Assembly (NCBI GenBank): GCA_964291415.2
Contig: OZ219917.1
Location: forward strand, 1,088,001 to 1,152,000
Length of the DNA stretch: 64,000 nucleotides
Reading direction: 5' to 3'
From: Alphaproteobacteria bacterium
Lineage (GTDB): Bacteria > Pseudomonadota > Alphaproteobacteria > SP197
The translations under genes were made by a program, and so were the position numbers. The notes under the pieces are model-generated. The model saw only the letters and a list, made by a program, of their open reading frames with translations. It had not been told where the DNA came from and made no database searches. Of this stretch, positions 58,119 to 64,000 are shown one piece after another. The stretch's first letter is position 1. Each line of letters starts with the position of its first letter.

Positions 58119-59020
58119 GGCGGCAGATGGAGCACACCCTCGACGGTCCTGGTGGCCACGCCACCGACCTCAAGACGTGTGACGGCATCGTCCTCGATGA
58201 CGGCGCGCGAGACAATCCTGCTTGTCCGGCCGATCTCGACACCCTGTTCGGCCCTGACATCAACACGGGCGCTCGAGTCCGGCGATACGATGCGGTGGCG
58301 TACCAGGTAGCTGGCAAGGGCGGCGTTGGTGGTTCCCGCGGCAGCGGACTCGGCGACCCCGACGGCGGGGCAGAAGTCGCGGACGTGGAGCGTCGACGCC
58401 GGATCCAGGGTTTCAGTCGTGAAGAGTGCCACGGTCTCGATTCCGTGGTCGTGGCACAGGGCCACGAGTCCCGGAAAATCGGGACGGACACGCTCCATGG
58501 CATCGAGACCGGGAAGCGGCACGACGAGATGCACGAAGTCGCCGCACACGGTTTCCAGGGGATGGTCCGGGGCGATGATGTCCGGCTCGAGACCAAGGAG
58601 ACCGGCGAGGCGATCCCGGTCGATATCGTCTTGGCGAAACGATGGCGGAGAGACCTCCAGCATGATCAGCGGCCTGCCGTCCGAAGCGGACGAGACGGTG
58701 ACGCGCGCCCGGGAGCGGGGAAGAAGCAGGTCCACCCTGGAGGGCACGGTGACGATTTCCTGTTCGACCAGGCGCGTCATGAGGGCGATGGTGCCATGAC
58801 CGCACATCGGGAGCTCCATGACGGTCGAGCGGAATCGCGCCTCGACGCGCTCCCTGCTTGCGGCAGCAACGAAACACACGGCGGGGTACCCGAGTTCGCC
58901 GGCGACACGTGCCATGGTGGCCTCGTCCAGGACACCGGCGCCGGAGACGACGGCCGCCTGGCTTCCCCCGAAGCAGGTGTCGCTGAAGGCGTCGTAAAGG
59001 GCAAGGGGAAGGGACGTCAT
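58115..59020 (-). CDS. PhzF-family isomerase/epimerase
   Basis: YDAFS...FGG, ELPMCGHGT, RDFCPAVGVAE, EQGVEIGRTS, VGGVA. Confidence 0.85.
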   Translation of the reverse strand: MTSLPLALYDAFSDTCFGGSQAAVVSGAGVLDEATMARVAGELGYPAVCFVAAASRERVEARFRSTVMELPMCGHGTIALMTRLVEQEIVTVPSRVDLLLPRSRARVTVSSASDGRPLIMLEVSPPSFRQDDIDRDRLAGLLGLEPDIIAPDHPLETVCGDFVHLVVPLPGLDAMERVRPDFPGLVALCHDHGIETVALFTTETLDPASTLHVRDFCPAVGVAESAAAGTTNAALASYLVRHRIVSPDSSARVDVRAEQGVEIGRTSRIVSRAVIEDDAVTRLEVGGVATRTVEGVLHLPP

Positions 59021-59099
59021 CGAGGGCTGCGGAATCGGGTTTCCTCTTGTGTAGCAAACCGAAATGACCTATTTTGCCTAGGACATTCACTCAACGGCA

Positions 59100-59438
59100 T
59101 TGCATGGTCTCTCTTTTCATCGTTATCTAACAACTAGTTGTGCGCTTGTCAAACCATGCAAACGTTGGAAGAACGTCCATGCAACAGCCATATTGGCACG
59201 ACGGATTGTGGCATCCGGGGATTTGGTCGCCTCAGCGATGGAAAAAGGGAATGGCATGACAAGGAATTTTTGGCTCTAGCCGGTAGCATACAGGGCACGA
59301 GTGAACTGTCAAGGAGCTTGTGGAAAGTCGCCCTGCCCGGCCTGGTCTCATTGGTGATTCATATGGGTTTATCCCTCTCATTTTTCCGATTTTCGGCCCG
59401 TTGCATGGACTCTGAGGGGTTGTTTCGCACTCCATGCA
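59100..59438. repeat. five TGCATGG motifs in mixed orientation forming inverted pairs
   Basis: TGCATGG at 59101 and 59402; CCATGCA at 59154, 59177 and 59432. GTCCATGCAAC (59175-59185) is the exact reverse complement of GTTGCATGGAC (59400-59410). Confidence 0.7.
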
Positions 59439-59459
59439 CTCACGATACGGGAGGTTCCC

Positions 59460-59789
59460 ATGGCTGGAAGATCGACAGGCGAGAAGCGCAGGGCTCGTTG
59501 CGTGATGGCAACCGACAGCGAATGGCAACGCATCCGGGAGGCCGCCGCCGCAGCCGGCCTGTCGATCTCGGACTATGTCTTGTGGGTTCTCCTGACCGTG
59601 CCATCTCGTCCGCCGGACGATACCGGTACGGCCCTGCCGACCCGGGTACAGCGGAGGGTGGCGCGCGCCGTGCTGGTCCTGGAGTGCATCGAGAGGCTGC
59701 GTCTCGACAAGGCCGACATGGGCGCGGCATGGCAAGAGATCGTCAGCGAGGTCGATGAGTGGCTCGAAGGCGAGACGGTGCTGGGTTGA
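59460..59789 (+). CDS. ribbon-helix-helix (MobC/NikA-like) protein 1
   Basis: RARCVMATDSEWQRIREAAAAAGLSISDYV; GGAGG RBS upstream. Confidence 0.75.
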   Translation: MAGRSTGEKRRARCVMATDSEWQRIREAAAAAGLSISDYVLWVLLTVPSRPPDDTGTALPTRVQRRVARAVLVLECIERLRLDKADMGAAWQEIVSEVDEWLEGETVLG

Positions 59790-59802
59790 CCGGGATGACG
59801 CC

Positions 59803-60135
59803 ATGAAGCGCGCGCGTCGACATTGCATCTACTGCGCGCCCGAGAAATGGCGGACGATCGGCAGACGAGCTCGCAAGGCGAACATGCCGGTCTCGCGTTT
59901 CGGCGTGCTGTGCTGCCTCAAGGCCGACGAGGAAGGAACGCCCGAGCCGGTTCAGCCGCCCGGCCATGCGCTGGCCATACCGCCCGACCAACAGCGCCGG
60001 CTCTACGCCGACATCGAGATCATCTGGCGCGCCGGACACATCATGCTGGACGAGTCGAAGACTGCCGGGATCGGCGTGTTGATGAGCGACGTTGTGCGCT
60101 TCCTGCGACTGACCGAACCGGAGGAAGCGGAATGA
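59803..60135 (+). CDS. ribbon-helix-helix-like protein 2
   Basis: RRHCIYCAPEKWRTIGRRARKANMPVSRFG has the same strand-helix-helix pattern as protein 1. Confidence 0.65.
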   Translation: MKRARRHCIYCAPEKWRTIGRRARKANMPVSRFGVLCCLKADEEGTPEPVQPPGHALAIPPDQQRRLYADIEIIWRAGHIMLDESKTAGIGVLMSDVVRFLRLTEPEEAE

Positions 60136-60569
60136 GGAAACCGCGCCGGCAACAGAAGGGCATGTCGCATTCGATCTCCTGCACGGACGACGAATGGGCG
60201 ATGATCGCCAGGGGCGCCGAACGGTCCGGCATGAGCCCTTCGGCATGGTTCACGCACTGCGCGCTGAACGTGAACCCGCTGTCGGAGAGAACGATTCCGC
60301 TGGTCCTTGACGAAAGGGAGCAGCGCAACGTGGCCAAGGCGGTCGAGCGCCTTGCCCGGGCGATTTCACGCAGTCCGCAGACGCTGTCCGGAATCGAGGA
60401 CGATGTCCGGCATCTCCTGCGGGAACGCGTTCGGGCGATGACGCGACAGGGCCGTTCCGCCGAAGCGCGTGCCAGGCTTCGGGAGATGTTTGGCGAAAAG
60501 CGCGCCAGGTGGATCGAGGACTGGGCGCGGAGGCCGGGCCGCGCCGAACAGGATCACATGGACCAGTGA
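60132..60569 (+). CDS. ribbon-helix-helix-like protein 3
   Basis: SHSISCTDDEWAMIARGAERSGMSPSAWF; ATGA overlap with protein 2; GAGGAAG RBS. Confidence 0.7.
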   Translation: MRKPRRQQKGMSHSISCTDDEWAMIARGAERSGMSPSAWFTHCALNVNPLSERTIPLVLDEREQRNVAKAVERLARAISRSPQTLSGIEDDVRHLLRERVRAMTRQGRSAEARARLREMFGEKRARWIEDWARRPGRAEQDHMDQ

Positions 60570-63500
60570 GGTCCCCGGCGGTTCAGGATGCACCGCCGTT
60601 CCCTGAGTTCGTCGGTCTGCTCGCGCATCGTGCGGGAGCGCTCGTTCTCGTCGGTCCAAAGCGCCCGATAGCAGCCGCGCCCGGAGAGTTGACGGCGCTC
60701 CATCTCCACCTCATGGACCTTCTCCCGTCCGTTGACGCGCCGCACCTCCAGGATGCAGAGATCCTCGGCGCGGGTCTTGCCCGCGACGATCCGGACAAGG
60801 ACGCCTTCACAGTGTCGTGGTCCGACGGGAACACCGGGATCGATGTCATCGTGGCCGGGAGTCCCGGTGGAAGGATCGGGCATCATGGTCCAGCGGAGCT
60901 GGTCGCCGGCAACGACATTCTGGTTGCAGGCGATGCGATGCGCGGCGTCAGGCACGGACCGCTCGCGCGCCGCCGCGGCATCGCGCAGCCTCTCGTCGCT
61001 CCAGGTGGCGCGGTGCACCTGATCGCGTGTCAGATCCCGGCATTCCACGCGTTCGACCCGTCCCTTCCGTGAGCCGTCGACATCCCGCTCCGTGCCGACG
61101 CGCTGGACGAGGAGTGTGTCCGTTGACCGTTGTCCGCCGCTGTCGCCCGGCCACACCACCACCAGTTCCCGCACGGACCCGTCTTGGGCCAGTCGGCGTC
61201 GGAGCCGGTCGCCGGTGACCAGCTGATCCTGTCCGCGCCAGGCGATCGCGAACGCACCGCCGGGCGGGCGGGCGTAGAGCCGGGCGGCTTCTTCGCGCAC
61301 CATGGCCGTGATGCGGTTCCGGTCATGGCCAGGGGCGGCGAGCCTCTCTGCCACGTCCGCGAGTCCGGTCTCGACACGCTCCCGCGAGGCGGGCTGAGAA
61401 AGGAGGTGCCGCGCGAAACGATCCAGGTCCAGCAGGTCCTGCGCCTTGCCATGCCACGTCGCGGCCTTCTTCTGCCATCGCGGCCAGTCGTCCAGCAGGG
61501 TGATCGGCACGTTGTCCTGACGGGCCCTCTCCGCGAGGGAGCGATGCTCGCGGTCAAGGACGTCCATCTCCCGCACCCGCTCCTCTATCCGGGCGCATTC
61601 GTGCGTGCACCTGGCGTGCTCCTCGAGGACCGACTTCAGCCGGCGTCGCGCCCCGGCGGGAAGCTCGCGGTCGCCGGCCAGCTCGCGCACGTCGTCAATG
61701 ACCGCGCCATAACCCTCCGCATGAAAGGTCAGGACGCCATCGCGCCGCGCCCGCCGGCGAAGTGCCTTCAGGTCCCTGTTCAATTCGAGGAACCGGTCGA
61801 ACGGCCTCATTCGTTCCAGTCGTTCCAGCGCCCGCGTTATTCGTCTGACGGCAGCGGGGTCATGATCGAGATGAGGACCGTAACGTTCGCTATCGAGCAG
61901 GGCGCGGCCCGTTGCGGCGAGTTCGCGCCCGTCGACGGCGAGCGGGCGGTAGCCGTCGAGGTCGGTGATGACGGTATCGCGGCCCCTGCGGGAGCGCTCC
62001 CGCGCTTCGGCGTCAAGGACGCGCCAGCGCCGGGCGTGTTCCCGCGCATCATCGAGGAACCGGTCGATGGCGTCGCGGCACGCCTGGCCTTGCGCATCGC
62101 TTGCCAGAACGCTGCGCGCCAGAAGGGCGGCGGCGTCGGGAAGGTCGTCGCGCAGCACAAGAACCCTCGCCTGCGTGACAAGGCCGTGCCAGCCCGCCAT
62201 GCCGAAGGGACTCCGCTCTTCGGCCCGCGCCCGCGCCTCGACCCTGCGGTGAGCCGCCACGAACCGTGCCCAGGCGGCATCGGTCGCGGCAAGCCGTTCG
62301 CAGCGCGCGAGGCGCTCGTTCACCTCGCCCGCGTTCCGGTCGAGATGGGGTTGCCACAGGTCGGGCCTGCGCAGCATCGCCCGCCATTGCCGGCGGGCCT
62401 TCAGCCAGCGGTCCCGCCATGCCGGATAGCCGCCCAGCTCCGCTGCCGGCCGCTCCGTGTCCTGAGCCGCTAGGTGGCGGTGGCCGTCGAGCAGCCTGAC
62501 GGCCTCCGCGGCCAGTGCCAGAACCCTGTCCTGGCGAGCCCGGGCTTCCGCGTCGCGGGCGATGACCTCGCGCGCGGAGGCGCGCGTGTGCGCGGGTACA
62601 TTCTTCAATGCCGCCAGCAAGCGTGCCTGCCGGACGAGTTCGTCATGACCGTCGACGTGGAACGCGATCGTGTTCCGGGCGGCGGCGCGTTCGTGGACTG
62701 CCCGGCGCAGCGCCTCGAACCGGGATGAGGCATCGTCACACTCCCGAGCCACCCGGAATGTCCCGAGACATGTCGTGATCACCCCGGAACTCGTCGACCG
62801 GGCGGCAAGGAAGGTCCGGGCGTCACGGTTGTCGTTCATGTCCTGCCAGGCGGCCTCGAGGCCTGAGACGGCCGCGATCCAGTCCGCGTAGCCGGCCGTC
62901 TCCACCACGGGGCAGGTCTCGCGGGCAGCCCGTTCGATCAGGGAACGGCGCACATGAAGAAGCCTGTTGGCCTCGCGGTGCAGAGCGTCGATGCGCCCGT
63001 CCATTCGGCGCCAGGCGCTGTCGGCGTCCACCAGGGCCGTCGCGCGTTGCCGGACTGCGGCAGGCAGCGCCGGATCCTTCAAGAGGGCCCGGGCGCTCTT
63101 CAGCAGCCGATCGTAGCCGGGAACATCGGGACGCGGCCGTTCGCCCGGGGCGTCCTCCACCGAGCGCCAGGAGGCATTGAAGGCGGCGATCGCGGCATCG
63201 CGCCGGCCAGCCGTCTCGATGTCGTGAAGACGGTTCCGGGCCGCCCCGTCTTCCCCGCCGTCCCGGCCGCCTGTCTCCTTCGGCGGCGGCCGGCCGTCGC
63301 CCGGGAGCGCGCCAGCGTTGTCGTCGTCTCGTCTCGCCGCCGACGCCGTCTCTGCTTGCGGGCGCCGCCGCATCGGCTTTTCCGGGAGAGAAACCCGGAG
63401 CGCATCGGGCGCGACGCCGATCGCCTCCAGCGCCGTTGCCCTCTCCCCGGTGTTCGCTTCCAGCGTCTCGATCAACTGTTCGCCGTTGTCGGTCAGCACC

Positions 63501-64000
63501 ATGACGCTGTCGCGGGCACGACTGATCTCGACATAGAAGGTCGCCTGATCGGTCAGCAGACCGTGACCGGAATCCAGAACCGCGATGACCCCGTCGGCCG
63601 TACTGCCCTGCGCTCCGTGAACCGTCGAACTCCAGGCATGGTCGATATGGCGCAGCTGCGGATCCTCGTGTTTGAGGGAGAGCATGCCGCCATCGGCGGT
63701 CCGCAGCCGCACCCGATCGCCGGTGATCGCCACGATCTCCGCCTGCTCGCCGTTCACCAGGGCGCGCGCCTTGTCGTTGCGCGTCCAGCGGATGCGGTCG
63801 CCGGCCCGGAGTTCGATTGTGCGGGGCTCATAGACCTCCAGCCGGTAGCGGATGGACCCCTGCGGTGCGATCCGGCGGGTCGTGCCGTCGGGATGGGAGA
63901 GCAGCACGTGGTCGCCCTCGACACCGATCACCGTGCAGGCGTCGTCGGCCTTCACCCGATAGTTCACGAGGTCCTGGTGGAACACCACCACGTCGCCCTC
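60554..64000 (-). CDS. TrwC/TraI-type conjugative relaxase-helicase, C-terminal part with long repeat extension (5'-partial)
   Basis: IELRAGDRIRWTRND, HIDHAWSSTVHGAQGST, FYVEISRAR (SF1B helicase motifs V/VI); frame is open to the window edge; the relaxase domain itself would lie outside the window. Confidence 0.85.
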   Translation of the reverse strand, partial: EGDVVVFHQDLVNYRVKADDACTVIGVEGDHVLLSHPDGTTRRIAPQGSIRYRLEVYEPRTIELRAGDRIRWTRNDKARALVNGEQAEIVAITGDRVRLRTADGGMLSLKHEDPQLRHIDHAWSSTVHGAQGSTADGVIAVLDSGHGLLTDQATFYVEISRARDSVMVLTDNGEQLIETLEANTGERATALEAIGVAPDALRVSLPEKPMRRRPQAETASAARRDDDNAGALPGDGRPPPKETGGRDGGEDGAARNRLHDIETAGRRDAAIAAFNASWRSVEDAPGERPRPDVPGYDRLLKSARALLKDPALPAAVRQRATALVDADSAWRRMDGRIDALHREANRLLHVRRSLIERAARETCPVVETAGYADWIAAVSGLEAAWQDMNDNRDARTFLAARSTSSGVITTCLGTFRVARECDDASSRFEALRRAVHERAAARNTIAFHVDGHDELVRQARLLAALKNVPAHTRASAREVIARDAEARARQDRVLALAAEAVRLLDGHRHLAAQDTERPAAELGGYPAWRDRWLKARRQWRAMLRRPDLWQPHLDRNAGEVNERLARCERLAATDAAWARFVAAHRRVEARARAEERSPFGMAGWHGLVTQARVLVLRDDLPDAAALLARSVLASDAQGQACRDAIDRFLDDAREHARRWRVLDAEARERSRRGRDTVITDLDGYRPLAVDGRELAATGRALLDSERYGPHLDHDPAAVRRITRALERLERMRPFDRFLELNRDLKALRRRARRDGVLTFHAEGYGAVIDDVRELAGDRELPAGARRRLKSVLEEHARCTHECARIEERVREMDVLDREHRSLAERARQDNVPITLLDDWPRWQKKAATWHGKAQDLLDLDRFARHLLSQPASRERVETGLADVAERLAAPGHDRNRITAMVREEAARLYARPPGGAFAIAWRGQDQLVTGDRLRRRLAQDGSVRELVVVWPGDSGGQRSTDTLLVQRVGTERDVDGSRKGRVERVECRDLTRDQVHRATWSDERLRDAAAARERSVPDAAHRIACNQNVVAGDQLRWTMMPDPSTGTPGHDDIDPGVPVGPRHCEGVLVRIVAGKTRAEDLCILEVRRVNGREKVHEVEMERRQLSGRGCYRALWTDENERSRTMREQTDELRERRCILNRRGPHWSM

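Larger units (their letters stand above)
59030..64000. mobile_element. probable end of a conjugative/mobilisable element (relaxase-helicase plus RHH accessory genes)
   Basis: AT-richer spacer after the phzF start, three MobC-like RHH genes and a TrwC/TraI-type helicase gene running off the window. The boundary is inferred; no integrase or att site was seen. Confidence 0.55.

Noticed and set aside
1-64000. CRISPR array, rRNA, tRNA (including selC), intact transposase or integrase
   Set aside because: No regularly spaced direct repeats, RNA-gene signatures or DDE/tyrosine/serine recombinase motifs were recognised by eye; a covariance-model scan would be needed to exclude small RNAs.

Overview
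GC-rich window, probably from an alphaproteobacterium. A marine or sponge-associated lifestyle is an inference from gene content only. Left edge (1-2430, minus strand): the edge of an NHLP/proteusin-type RiPP cluster, with a tryptophan-halogenase-family gene, a shortened HlyD-like secretion protein and a C39-peptidase ABC exporter running off the window. Middle: a mosaic of catabolic and transport genes. These include a Dpp-type ABC transporter, a TRAP transporter with a TM2-DctQ fusion, a trimethylamine/histamine dehydrogenase-like enzyme, a ProX/TmoX-like binding protein, two tandem Rieske oxygenases plus two tandem OYE/Fe-S flavoenzymes, a sulfatase, a homocysteine methyltransferase, selAB, an acyl-CoA ligase, a hydantoin-utilisation operon and a PhzF/TPP-enzyme/CaiD operon. 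Insertion scars are interspersed. Two cargo blocks (ada; TRAP operon) are each bracketed by a gene 3' end and a decayed second copy of it. Three toxin-antitoxin loci keep the antitoxin and operator palindromes while the toxin is broken. Right edge (about 59030-64000): probable end of a conjugative/mobilisable element. It has an AT-richer spacer with five TGCATGG motifs, three tandem ribbon-helix-helix genes, and a TrwC/TraI-type helicase C-terminus carrying four ~155-aa helical repeats. No rRNA, tRNA or CRISPR array was recognised. All homology calls are from motif recognition by eye; no searches were run.
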